In this document: positions 1 to 9,503 of the stretch, piece by piece | Layout of the letters: each line of letters starts with the position of its first letter | Position numbering within the stretch: the stretch's first letter is position 1 | From: Alphaproteobacteria bacterium | GTDB taxonomy: Bacteria > Pseudomonadota > Alphaproteobacteria > CAAGCB01 > CAG-977 | Reading direction: 5' to 3' | DNA length: 64,000 nt | Assembly (NCBI GenBank): GCA_900768875.1 | Contig: CAAGEP010000003.1 | Location: 400,365-464,364 of the forward strand | The notes under the pieces: generated by a model | What the model saw: the letters and a program-made list of their open reading frames with translations, nothing else | Databases searched by the model: none | What the model was told of the DNA's origin: nothing | Made by a program: the position numbers and the translations under genes

Positions 1-82
1 GTCAATATAAATCGCGATCGGAATGTTTGAGCATTGATTTCCGTACAAAAGCAAAACGTTGACAAGGTGAAAATAAGCCGTT

Positions 83-1231
83 TTATTTTTCGGGAACCAG
101 CGTGATTTCAGAAATTTCGGACGGCGCGAACAACCGCATGGGCGGTCCCCAGCCCCCTGCTCCGTTTGAAATGTACAGTTTAAACCCGTTGACATCGTAC
201 AGCCCCGACAAAAAGCCGTTTGCTTTTTTGACCAAGAAATGGAACGGAAAAATCTGCCCGCCGTGAGTATGTCCCGACACCTGCAAATCAACCTGTTCTT
301 TGGACAGTTTGTTGGCAATCGAGGGCGAATGGGACATCAACAAAGTAAACGCTTGGGGGGATTTTTTTGCCAAAAGCTCCCCGATTTTTTCCATCAAAGC
401 GGGCGTTATCCGCAAAGCGTGCGGATCGGGTATTCCCGCGACATACACATTTGCGCCGTTCAGCATCAATCCTTCGTTTCGCAAATAAAACAGGCGCAAG
501 TCGCGGAATCTGTTTTCCCACGCGCTTGCCCCGACATAAAATTCGTGATTACCCAACGTCACAAACGCGCCGTATTTGGCGTTCAGCTTTGCCAGTTCAG
601 CCGTTTGCTCGGCGATTTCATCGGGCTTCGCATCCACAATATCCCCCGGCAAGACGATAACGTCGGGCTTTAAAGCATTGACCGTTTCGACGATTTTCTT
701 CACCCGTTTTACGGGCATGGCGGGATTGATGTGCAAATCGCTGACAAGGACGATTTTGAACGGATAGTCGATTTTTTCGGACGCGATTTGAACGGCTTTG
801 ACGGCGGGAAATTTCACGCCTTGGTACAGCGAATAAAGCGAAACAGCCGCCGCCAGCAGGCACGTCGCAATGTTCGCCTTTTTCAGCAAAGCCGCGTTCA
901 TCGGGTCGCACGCCGCGGACGCTTTGCCCAGCCAGCCTGCCGCTTTGTATCCCCAAATCCAGAAAATATCCCGCAGCATAATCAAGCAAAACAGGATAAA
1001 CGCCGTTCCGAACATAAAGTACAAAACCTGCGACAACAGCACATAAGGCACGCCTGTCACGCCCGCTTTGCGCGCCAATCCGATAATCACGGGCGCATAC
1101 CACGCCGCGACAACGACCGCGCCGATTCCCCATTTGACGCTTGCCATGATTTCGGGGTTGTAGCACACCAGCACCCGAATTGTAATCATTGAACACGACA
1201 GCGCCAAAATAAAGGAAAGTATCAAAAACAT
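83..1231 (-). CDS. Membrane-anchored metallophosphoesterase (calcineurin-like, YkuE/COG1408 type). Hydrophobic N-terminal half, C-terminal phosphoesterase domain.
   Basis: 382-aa ORF. Motifs DLHINP, GDIVD, GNHEFY and GHTHGGQ. Several N-terminal TM helices. Start lies 1 nt after the malQ stop. Confidence 0.8.
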   Translation of the reverse strand: MFLILSFILALSCSMITIRVLVCYNPEIMASVKWGIGAVVVAAWYAPVIIGLARKAGVTGVPYVLLSQVLYFMFGTAFILFCLIMLRDIFWIWGYKAAGWLGKASAACDPMNAALLKKANIATCLLAAAVSLYSLYQGVKFPAVKAVQIASEKIDYPFKIVLVSDLHINPAMPVKRVKKIVETVNALKPDVIVLPGDIVDAKPDEIAEQTAELAKLNAKYGAFVTLGNHEFYVGASAWENRFRDLRLFYLRNEGLMLNGANVYVAGIPDPHALRITPALMEKIGELLAKKSPQAFTLLMSHSPSIANKLSKEQVDLQVSGHTHGGQIFPFHFLVKKANGFLSGLYDVNGFKLYISNGAGGWGPPMRLFAPSEISEITLVPEK

Positions 1232-1232
1232 C

Positions 1233-3383
1233 TTACGATCGCGCCGCTTTCAAAATGTTGGCGATTTTTTCCATATCGCCGTCGGAATCCAGTTCTTCGA
1301 TTGTTTTCGGCAGCTTGAAACGCCAGTTCGGATATTCGTCGCACGTCCCCGGCATATTCATCTGCTCGGCTTGACGCAAGACATCTTCCAACTGCACCAA
1401 AAACACCTGACACGGAGCCTGCGCCAGATAAGTGTAAATCTTTTCAATCATCTTGGGCGGCAAAGCACCGTTGATTTGGGATTCAAAGTTTTCCGATTCC
1501 ACAAACCACAATCCGACGCGGGACATCGCTTCAACCAAAGCGAAACGGTCGGCACGACGATCGGCGCGGGCGATTTGTTCCTTTTGTCCGTCCATCATTC
1601 CGATTTTGCACGCGGCATCAATATCGCCGCCCGTCCACCAGCCCGTCAAAGTCGGCATATCGTGCGTTCCCGCCGCGACCAAAGCCGATTCGGGATAGCT
1701 TGCGGGCGGAATGTAGCGACCGTCGGGCGTGCGTTCATAGCGGCACACGCGGAACGACAAAATCCCCGCTTCCGCCAACGCTTCACGGAAAAAGCCGGGG
1801 ACAACGCCCAAGTCTTCGCCGACGACAAGGCATTTGTTGCGATGACTTTCCAAAGCGACAATGCCGACCATATCGGCGAACGGATACTGCACGTACGCAC
1901 CCGCTGCGCCGTCGGGAATACAGAACAGACGCGCCAACCCCATGACGTGGTCAATACGCACCGCGCCCGCGCGCTTCATATTCGCGCTTAGGATACGACG
2001 GTAAGAAGCATACGCTTCTTCACGCATGCGGGCGGGACGCATGGGCGCAACGCCCCAACGCTGACCGTCCGCATTGAACATATCGGGGGGTGAACCGATG
2101 CTTAAATCCACGGCGAACAGCTCCTGCGCGCCCCATGTTTCGGCACTTTCCGCCGCGACGCCGACCGCCAAATCCTGATACAGCCCGATGCCCAGATTCG
2201 CCTGACCGCACGCTTCGGACGCCGCTTTGAACTGCGCGTCCGCCAGCCAGAACAAGTATTTGAAATAGCGGATTCTGTCGGCGTGTTCTTTGGCGAATTT
2301 TTTGGATTGAGCCGTATCGGGCGAAGCATACGCCTTGCCCCACGATTTAAAGCCGACACCCTTTTTCTTCAGCACGAAGTTTTCCGCCAGCACCTGATAC
2401 AAAGCGGCATTGTCCAACGCCTCGCCGCCCTTTTCGCAAAAAGCGTCGAAAGCGTCGGAACCGTTAAAGTCGGCGTACAAAGCCTCGAACGCTTTGCCTT
2501 TCAGTTCGCCGACCAAAGCATACTCGACAATGCGGGACGCGCGGGCTTTTTGCAATTTCGCCTGAAAATCCTTGTCCGCCAGCAAAGCCTGCAGTTTTTT
2601 GGATTTTTGCGCGCCGTTGACCGCCATGACATCAATGTAAAGCGGATTTAAGAACAACCGCGACGAAGAATAATACGGGCTTGCCGTTTCGACGTTCGCC
2701 ATAAACGCGACGTTAATCGGGTTGATGCCCAGAATATCCGCGCCGAACCGCTGCGCCACGCCCGCCATTTTTCCCAAGTCCGTAAAATCGCCGATACCCC
2801 AGTTTTCAGCCGACCTCAAAGCGTACAGCTGCAAAGGATACCCCCACGGCTTTCCGCCTTCGCGCATCATATCGGGCTGATAGCACTTTGTCGGCGCGAC
2901 AATCAAAGTCATCATCCGTCCCGTTTCGGGCAAATCGGGACTTTCGACCGTCAAGGAATGATAGCCCATGACATCGGGCAAATCCAAAACCAGCTTTACG
3001 CGTTCGTATTCGCCGTTGGCGTCGATTTTTTCCAACATCGCGGGAACGGCATGCCCGAACGTCTGTTCGCCCGATTCCAGCGTCAGCACATAGTCAATCC
3101 GGGAATGTTTGCCTTTGGCGTGAACAGTCACGGGAATTTCGGCAACGCCTTTTTCAATACGGGCGACGACAACGGGCGGCAAAGCGCGCTTGAACGGCTT
3201 TTCCAGCTCGGCTTGCAAAGCTTGCTCGGCTTTTTCGGGAACGGACGCGTCAATGCCCAACCCTTTCAGCACCGCGATTTGCGTTTCAAAGGATGTTTTG
3301 TAAATTCTGCCTTCCGCCGAAAACTCGGGTAAAATCCCCGCCTTTTCAGCTAACAGATTGACCGTTTCGATATGGTTTGTCAC
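1233..3383 (-). CDS. malQ: 4-alpha-glucanotransferase (amylomaltase)
   Basis: 716-aa ORF with family-77 glycoside hydrolase signatures (YYSSSRLFLNPLYID, RIDHVMGL, GEDLGVVP). Confidence 0.9.
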   Translation of the reverse strand: MTNHIETVNLLAEKAGILPEFSAEGRIYKTSFETQIAVLKGLGIDASVPEKAEQALQAELEKPFKRALPPVVVARIEKGVAEIPVTVHAKGKHSRIDYVLTLESGEQTFGHAVPAMLEKIDANGEYERVKLVLDLPDVMGYHSLTVESPDLPETGRMMTLIVAPTKCYQPDMMREGGKPWGYPLQLYALRSAENWGIGDFTDLGKMAGVAQRFGADILGINPINVAFMANVETASPYYSSSRLFLNPLYIDVMAVNGAQKSKKLQALLADKDFQAKLQKARASRIVEYALVGELKGKAFEALYADFNGSDAFDAFCEKGGEALDNAALYQVLAENFVLKKKGVGFKSWGKAYASPDTAQSKKFAKEHADRIRYFKYLFWLADAQFKAASEACGQANLGIGLYQDLAVGVAAESAETWGAQELFAVDLSIGSPPDMFNADGQRWGVAPMRPARMREEAYASYRRILSANMKRAGAVRIDHVMGLARLFCIPDGAAGAYVQYPFADMVGIVALESHRNKCLVVGEDLGVVPGFFREALAEAGILSFRVCRYERTPDGRYIPPASYPESALVAAGTHDMPTLTGWWTGGDIDAACKIGMMDGQKEQIARADRRADRFALVEAMSRVGLWFVESENFESQINGALPPKMIEKIYTYLAQAPCQVFLVQLEDVLRQAEQMNMPGTCDEYPNWRFKLPKTIEELDSDGDMEKIANILKAARS

Positions 3384-3399
3384 GTTAAATATCCTTTCG

Positions 3400-5739
3400 C
3401 TAAATCAGCTTTGTAAAACCGTCGTATTCTTCCGGTTCGGTCAAATCGGCAGATGTCGCAACGGGTCCCATCGGACCGTAAGTCATAAAGTCCAGTCTGT
3501 CCAAATCATCCGTCGTCGCGACCAGACGGCTTTTCTGAACGGCTTGATACACGCCGCCCAAAATGCCCGTCGTCCCTTCGCGCGCTAGCAATTCAGCCTT
3601 ATCTTCATCGGGAATGGGAGCTTCGAACAACAGCACCGACCACGCGGGAACGTTATAAAGCTCGCCAGATTTGTGCGGTTCGTTTTCGACTTTCGGATTC
3701 GGGCGCGTTGTATCCAAAATCAGCGACCATTGCGTTTCCTTTTGCACTTCGGGCAACAGCCATTCGATGCTTTCGCCGCTGGCGTTCATGACCAAAAAGA
3801 AATGATTGTCCGACGTGAACCGCCCCTCGTCGTTGCAAAAAGCGACGCTCAGCGACCCGCAAATCAGCGCGGACAAGCTTTGCGCATACGGCTTGCCCCA
3901 GTCGGCGTCGCTCATTTCCAAGCCCTCGGGCGTCATCCAAGTAATGTCTTTGACTTTGGAATCGCCGATTTTTTTGCCCGTATAGTAACGCTTGCGGCGG
4001 AAAACGCGGTGCGCCAAGCGGATTTGAATCAGATACCGCACAAAGTCCGTAAACGCCGCGTCGTCTTGGGATATGCTTTCCCAGTTCAGCCAGCTTATCG
4101 GGCTGTCCTGACAATAAGCGTTGTTGTTGCCCCTTTGCGTGCGGCAAAATTCATCGCCCGCCGTCATCATCGGCACGCCCAGCGACAGCATCAGCGTCGC
4201 CATCATCGCGCGTTTGCGGCGCAGTCTTAAATCCAGCACGGCGGGATCGCTTGTTTCGCCCTCGACGCCGGAGTTCCACGACTTGTTGTCGTTCGCCCCG
4301 TCGCGGTTGTCTTCGCCGTTGGCTTGATTGTGCTTGTCGTTATAGCTGACAACGTCCTGCAAAGTGAATCCGTCGTGCGCCGTGATAAAGTTGACGCTGG
4401 TCCACGGATGCCGCCCGCGGTAGCCGAACGTTTCGCTCGACCCCGTCAATCGGGACGCGAGGTTTCCGATTTGCCCCTTGTCGCCTTTCCAAAACAAGCG
4501 CGTCGTATCGCGGAAACGGTCGTTCCATTCCGACCACCCCGGCGGGAAAGCTCCGACCTGATAGCCGCCCATACCGACATCCCAGGGTTCGGCAATCATC
4601 TTGACGCGCTGTAAAACGGGGTCTTGCTGAACGGCGGACAAAAAGCCCGCGTTTTGGTTAAAGCCGTTTGCCGTGCGCGCCAAAGTCGGCGCCAAATCGA
4701 AACGAAAGCCGTCGACATGGACGTTTTCCACCCAATAACGCAAGGAATCCATGACCAGCTGCAGCACGCGCGGATGTTCGACGTTAAACGACGCGCCGCA
4801 GCCCGTCGTGTCTTCGTAATACCGTTTGTTCGTCGGGTTCAAGCGGTAGTAAACCGCATTGTCAATCCCGCGGAAACAAAGCGTCACACCCATCTGGTTG
4901 CCCTCGCCCGTATGGTTGTAGACAACGTCCATGACGACCTCGATTCCCGCTTCGTGGAAAGCGCGCACCATGGATTTGACTTCCGCCAAATCCGTTCCCG
5001 CCATATAGGACGGGTGCGGCGCGAAGTACGCAATCGGGTCGTAGCCCCAATAATTAACCAGCTTGTGATCCAACAGGTGTTTCGGCGTAAAAAACGACTG
5101 AATCGGCAAAAATTCGACCGACGTAATGCCCAAGCTTTTCAAATAAGCGACCGCTTCGGGCGCCGCCATCGCCGAAAAAGTCCCGCGGATATGCTCGTCG
5201 ATTTCGGGATTTTTGAACGTAAAACCTTTCAGGTGCGTTTCGTAAATGATTGTTTCCGTCCACGCGGTTTCGGGCTTTTTGTCGCCGTTCCACGCAAACG
5301 CATCGTCAACGACGCGGCATTTCGGCGCGAAAGGCGCACTGTCGCGGCGATCGAAAGACATATCGGCTTTCGGACTGCCCGCGCGATAGCCCTGCATTGT
5401 TTCGTGAAACACGGGGTTTGCCGTCAGCGATTTGGCATACGGATCAATCAGCAGTTTGTTGTGATTGAATCGATGACCGCGTTCGGGATCGTACGGTCCG
5501 AAAACGCGATAGCCATACAGCTGCCCCGGCTGAATGTTCGGCAAATAAACGTGCCACACTTCGTCGGTGCGTTCGGGCATGGCGATTCGCTGAATCTCCT
5601 TGGTTCCCGTTTCATCGAACAAGCACAAAAGCACTTTTTCCGCATTGGCGGAAAACAGCGCGAAGTTGACCCCGTGACCGTCCCAAGTCGCCCCCAACGG
5701 ATAAGGGCGACCGGGAAAAACGCGAATCCCTTGCGGCAT
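3400..5739 (-). CDS. glgX: Glycogen debranching enzyme GlgX with a C-terminal extension of about 70 aa
   Basis: 779 aa. N-terminus MPQGIRVFPGRPYPLGATWDGHGVNFALFSANAEKV is the canonical GlgX start. GH13 motifs VVYNHT, GFRFDLA, EPWD and FITAHDGF. AAGGAG RBS upstream. Confidence 0.9.
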   Translation of the reverse strand: MPQGIRVFPGRPYPLGATWDGHGVNFALFSANAEKVLLCLFDETGTKEIQRIAMPERTDEVWHVYLPNIQPGQLYGYRVFGPYDPERGHRFNHNKLLIDPYAKSLTANPVFHETMQGYRAGSPKADMSFDRRDSAPFAPKCRVVDDAFAWNGDKKPETAWTETIIYETHLKGFTFKNPEIDEHIRGTFSAMAAPEAVAYLKSLGITSVEFLPIQSFFTPKHLLDHKLVNYWGYDPIAYFAPHPSYMAGTDLAEVKSMVRAFHEAGIEVVMDVVYNHTGEGNQMGVTLCFRGIDNAVYYRLNPTNKRYYEDTTGCGASFNVEHPRVLQLVMDSLRYWVENVHVDGFRFDLAPTLARTANGFNQNAGFLSAVQQDPVLQRVKMIAEPWDVGMGGYQVGAFPPGWSEWNDRFRDTTRLFWKGDKGQIGNLASRLTGSSETFGYRGRHPWTSVNFITAHDGFTLQDVVSYNDKHNQANGEDNRDGANDNKSWNSGVEGETSDPAVLDLRLRRKRAMMATLMLSLGVPMMTAGDEFCRTQRGNNNAYCQDSPISWLNWESISQDDAAFTDFVRYLIQIRLAHRVFRRKRYYTGKKIGDSKVKDITWMTPEGLEMSDADWGKPYAQSLSALICGSLSVAFCNDEGRFTSDNHFFLVMNASGESIEWLLPEVQKETQWSLILDTTRPNPKVENEPHKSGELYNVPAWSVLLFEAPIPDEDKAELLAREGTTGILGGVYQAVQKSRLVATTDDLDRLDFMTYGPMGPVATSADLTEPEEYDGFTKLI

Positions 5740-5755
5740 GGAACGTCAGTCTCCT

Positions 5756-7963
5756 TTAACCTTGGGGAACGAAAATCAGCGTCGACAAAGGAGGCAGCGT
5801 GACGGAAACCGAATGTTCGCGGTTGTTCCATCCTTCGTCCGTCGCTTCGACCGCGCCCATATTGCCCATTCCGCTGCCGCCGTAAATTTCGGCGTCGGAG
5901 TTGAAAACTTCGATATACTTGCCGCCTTTGGGGACGCCAAGCTTGAAGTTTTCGCGCGGCACGGGCGTAAAGTTGGACACGACGACCGCCATATCCTTTC
6001 TGTCTTTGCCGTAGCGGATAAAGCTGAACACGCTTTCGTCGGCGTTGTTCGGATCAATCCATTCAAAGCCCTGCGGATCGTAGTCCTGTTCAAACAAAGC
6101 GGGCATTTCGCGATAGATTTTGTTCAAATCGCGCACAACGCTCTGCACGCCGCGGTGCATCGGGTCGTTCAGCAAATGCCAGCTCAAAGAACCGTTGTAG
6201 TCCCATTCGCGGTCTTGAGCGAATTCGCTGCCCATGAACAGCAGCTTTTTGCCGGGGAAGCCGTACATAAAGCCGTAGTACGCGCGCAAGTTCGCAAATT
6301 TCTGCCAACGGTCGCCCGACATTTTCGTCAACAAAGAACCTTTGCCGTGAACGACTTCGTCGTGGCTGAGGGGCAGCACGAAGTTTTCGTTATAAGCATA
6401 CAGCATGCCGAACGTCATTTTGTTGTGGTTGTAGCGGCGGTAAATCGGATCCAAAGCCATATAGTCCAGCGTGTCGTGCATCCAGCCCATATTCCATTTG
6501 TAGCCGAAGCCCAAGCCGCCCATGTACGTCGGACGGGACACCATCGGCCATGCGGTCGATTCTTCCGCGAACGTCGCCGTCCCCGGACAATTTTCGTACA
6601 TCAACTCGTTAGTGCGCTTCAAGAACTCGACGGCTTCCAAATCTTCGTGTCCGCCGAATTTGTTGGGAATCCACTCGCCCGCTTTGCGGCTGTAGTCCAA
6701 GTACAGCATGGATGCCACCGCATCGACGCGCAAACCGTCGACTTGATATTTCTTGTTCCAGAACATCGCGTTCGATGTCAGGAAGTTGTTCACTTCGCGG
6801 CGGCCGTAGTTGTAAATTTTGGTTCCCCAATCCTTGTGTTCGCCGCGGCGCGGATCGGCGTGTTCGTACAAAGCCGTGCCGTCAAAGTTCGCCAAACCGA
6901 ACGAATCCTTGGGGAAATGACCGGGAACCCAGTCCATGATGACGGCAATCTCCGCTTTGTGGAACGCGTCAATCAGTTCGCGGAATTCGTCGGGCGTGCC
7001 GAAACGGCTGGTCGGCGCGTACAGCCCCGTCGCCTGATATCCCCACGATCCGTCGAACGGATGTTCGTTGACGGGCAGCAGTTCAACGTGCGTATAGCCC
7101 ATATCCTTGACATAAGGAACCAGTTCGTCCGCCATTTCGCGGTACGTCAGATAGCGCATGCCTTCGTCGCTGTTTCTGCGCCAAGACCCCAAGTGGACTT
7201 CGTAAATCGAAATCGGCGCATCCATCGCATTGGCGGCTTCGCGTTTTTTGCCCCAGCCTTTGGTTTTCCATTCATAGCGGTCAAGGTTGTAAACAACCGA
7301 CGCGGTCGACGGGCGTTTTTCCGCATAAAAAGCGACAGGGTCGGCTTTCAGCGGCAAGATATTGCCTTCGGGTCCGATAAGTTCGTATTTGTACAAAGCG
7401 CCTTCGCCGATATGGGGAACAAAGATTTCCCAAATGCCCGACGAACCGCGCGGACGCATCATGTGGCGGCGGCCGTCCCATTCGTTGAACGTGCCGACGA
7501 CGGACACGCGGCGGGCGTTCGGCGCCCACACGGCAAACGCAACGCCGTCAACGCCGTCCAGCTTTATCGGATGCGCGCCCAAGCGGTCGTATTCGTCCAA
7601 ATGGGAACCTTCGGACATATAATAAATGTCCATATCCCCCAGCACGGGCGGAAAGCGGTAAGCGTCTTCGGTGTCATAGGATTCGCCCTGCCACAAATCG
7701 ATGCGCAGACGGTATTTGAAGTAATCCCAGTCGGCGGGGAATTCGTATTGGAACAGCCCCGAGCTGTGGACGCGTTCCATTTGCGCCATCACTTTGCCCG
7801 TTTCGTATTCCAGAACGTAAACGTTTTGCGCCTGCGGCTGGAACGTGCGGACAACCAAATCGCCGTCCGCGCCTTCACGATGAATCCCCAAGACGGAGAA
7901 CGGATCCCCATATCCCGAAGTAACCAAGGCTTCTACGATACTTTCGTCTAAATAATTTTTCAT
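5756..7963 (-). CDS. glgB: 1,4-alpha-glucan branching enzyme
   Basis: 735 aa. GH13 branching-enzyme motifs (DWVPGHF, GLRVDAVASM, AEESTAWP, SHDEVVHGK). Confidence 0.95.
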   Translation of the reverse strand: MKNYLDESIVEALVTSGYGDPFSVLGIHREGADGDLVVRTFQPQAQNVYVLEYETGKVMAQMERVHSSGLFQYEFPADWDYFKYRLRIDLWQGESYDTEDAYRFPPVLGDMDIYYMSEGSHLDEYDRLGAHPIKLDGVDGVAFAVWAPNARRVSVVGTFNEWDGRRHMMRPRGSSGIWEIFVPHIGEGALYKYELIGPEGNILPLKADPVAFYAEKRPSTASVVYNLDRYEWKTKGWGKKREAANAMDAPISIYEVHLGSWRRNSDEGMRYLTYREMADELVPYVKDMGYTHVELLPVNEHPFDGSWGYQATGLYAPTSRFGTPDEFRELIDAFHKAEIAVIMDWVPGHFPKDSFGLANFDGTALYEHADPRRGEHKDWGTKIYNYGRREVNNFLTSNAMFWNKKYQVDGLRVDAVASMLYLDYSRKAGEWIPNKFGGHEDLEAVEFLKRTNELMYENCPGTATFAEESTAWPMVSRPTYMGGLGFGYKWNMGWMHDTLDYMALDPIYRRYNHNKMTFGMLYAYNENFVLPLSHDEVVHGKGSLLTKMSGDRWQKFANLRAYYGFMYGFPGKKLLFMGSEFAQDREWDYNGSLSWHLLNDPMHRGVQSVVRDLNKIYREMPALFEQDYDPQGFEWIDPNNADESVFSFIRYGKDRKDMAVVVSNFTPVPRENFKLGVPKGGKYIEVFNSDAEIYGGSGMGNMGAVEATDEGWNNREHSVSVTLPPLSTLIFVPQG

Positions 7964-7965
7964 GC

Positions 7966-9486
7966 TTATTCTCCGTCAAGGTCAATCAGCCGCGACAAAC
8001 CGTTCATCGGAATGGCAAGCCAGTCCGGACGGTTCGCGACTTCGTAAATCACTTCGTACAGCGCTTTTTCCAAAATAAACAGGTCAAGCAGCTTTTGCGT
8101 GTCCGCCGCCTTGTCGGGCAAAGACGTGCAGCCCGCCATATTTTGGAAATAGCCGTTTAAAAACGCTTCTGTCGCCTGTTTTTGCCATTCGGCGGCGACG
8201 GGCAGCATTTGCGGTCTGTCGGCTTCGGCGACGAACATCAGCACCGAACCGAACGCGGCATAGTCAAACGACCGCACCATGCCCGCAACGTCTTTCAAAA
8301 CGCAATGCTTGATTTGGCGTTCCGCGATCGGGCGCAAAGGCTCGCCTTCAAAATCCAGCAGGAAAAAGTCGCCGTTCGCGACAACCACCTGCCCCAAATG
8401 GTAATCCCCGTGAAAGCGGGTCTTCATACACTTTACGTCTGACGGAACAAGCGCTTCAATCCGTTCGACAATCGCGTCGCGGCGGGCAATCAGGTTTTCG
8501 ACTTTGCGCCGCATTTCGCCCGTCAAAGACGCGACGTTGACTTTTGCCACCGCAATCGTTCTGTCCGCCTGCGCGACGACCTGCGCCGTCCAGTCCGTCA
8601 AATCGGCGTTCGACACGGGCGCGGGCGCGAACACCTTGTCCGTTCCTTTGGCGAACGCCTTGTGCATTTCCGCGGTGCGCTTGCCCAGCAAAGCCGCCGT
8701 TTTCAGATAGTCGGCGTGGTCAATCGCTTCGCCGTTTTTCACTTTGGCGAAAACGGATTGCAGATAGTTCATCGTATAGCCCCAGCCGTCGCCGTCGTTT
8801 GCAACAAAAGCCTGCAAAATGCCGACACCCAAGATTTTGCCGTCGGCGCTCACCAGCTCGGCTTTGCCCAAATAAGCGGGCGTGTTTTCGAACTTCGCCG
8901 TTTCCGTCAGAAACGCGGACGTAACGATTTCGGGATTTTCGCCGTAAGCGACGCGGCGGTAGACTTTCAGCATAATCGTTTTGCCGACGATCAAGGACGT
9001 ATTGCTTTGTTCGACACCCATCATCTTTTGCGGCAGTCCCGCGACGGCTTCAATCAAAGCCTTGCCTTTTGCCGTGGCGGACGCTTTGAAGGTCAAGCCG
9101 TTTCCGACGGCAAGCATCGCGTCTTTCGCCATCAAATCCAGCACGCCCGCGGAAAAATCGCTTTCGCCCGCGGCATCAAAGATCACACCGTCTTCAACGG
9201 AACAAATGACGGCGTCCGGATTGACCGCTTTTGCCTGTTCGCCGAATGCGGCGCGCAAAGGAATGATGAACATCGGCGCGTCCCCGCCGTTCAATTCAAC
9301 CCTGACAACCGCAAAAGTCGTTTTCGCGGAAAGCGGCGCGACGGCTTCGACATCAACGGCTTTAATCGTGTCGTCTTTTGCGCTGTACCAGCGTTTGGTC
9401 GGCAAAAAGCTTTCCAAAGCCCCGCAAAACGTCTGTTTGAAAGCTTTATCCGCCAACCAAGCGGACACTTCCGTTTTATTTTCCAA
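7966..9486 (-). CDS. mak: Maltokinase (maltose 1-phosphate-forming, Mak/Pep2-like), stand-alone and not fused to TreS
   Basis: Kinase-fold motif FHGDYHLGQVVV...DFEGEP, placed between glgE and glgB. Start chosen at in-frame TTG 9486, preceded by GGGAGG. The longest ORF starts at GTG 9510 and would overlap glgE by 7 nt. Confidence 0.75.
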   Translation of the reverse strand: MENKTEVSAWLADKAFKQTFCGALESFLPTKRWYSAKDDTIKAVDVEAVAPLSAKTTFAVVRVELNGGDAPMFIIPLRAAFGEQAKAVNPDAVICSVEDGVIFDAAGESDFSAGVLDLMAKDAMLAVGNGLTFKASATAKGKALIEAVAGLPQKMMGVEQSNTSLIVGKTIMLKVYRRVAYGENPEIVTSAFLTETAKFENTPAYLGKAELVSADGKILGVGILQAFVANDGDGWGYTMNYLQSVFAKVKNGEAIDHADYLKTAALLGKRTAEMHKAFAKGTDKVFAPAPVSNADLTDWTAQVVAQADRTIAVAKVNVASLTGEMRRKVENLIARRDAIVERIEALVPSDVKCMKTRFHGDYHLGQVVVANGDFFLLDFEGEPLRPIAERQIKHCVLKDVAGMVRSFDYAAFGSVLMFVAEADRPQMLPVAAEWQKQATEAFLNGYFQNMAGCTSLPDKAADTQKLLDLFILEKALYEVIYEVANRPDWLAIPMNGLSRLIDLDGE

Positions 9487-9503
9487 AGTCTGCCTCCCTG
9501 TTT

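Noticed and set aside
5738-7951. 737-aa plus-strand ORF opposite glgB. Similar long antisense ORFs occur at 11753-12814, 20871-22178, 24146-25234, 33833-34921, 36466-38205, 41706-42857, 49868-50887, 52431-53387, 54450-55679 and 62640-63680.
   Set aside because: These are shadow ORFs on the strand opposite genes with strong family motifs. Their translations are Arg/Ala/Gly/Val-rich low-complexity sequence with no recognisable motifs, as expected from GC-rich codon structure.
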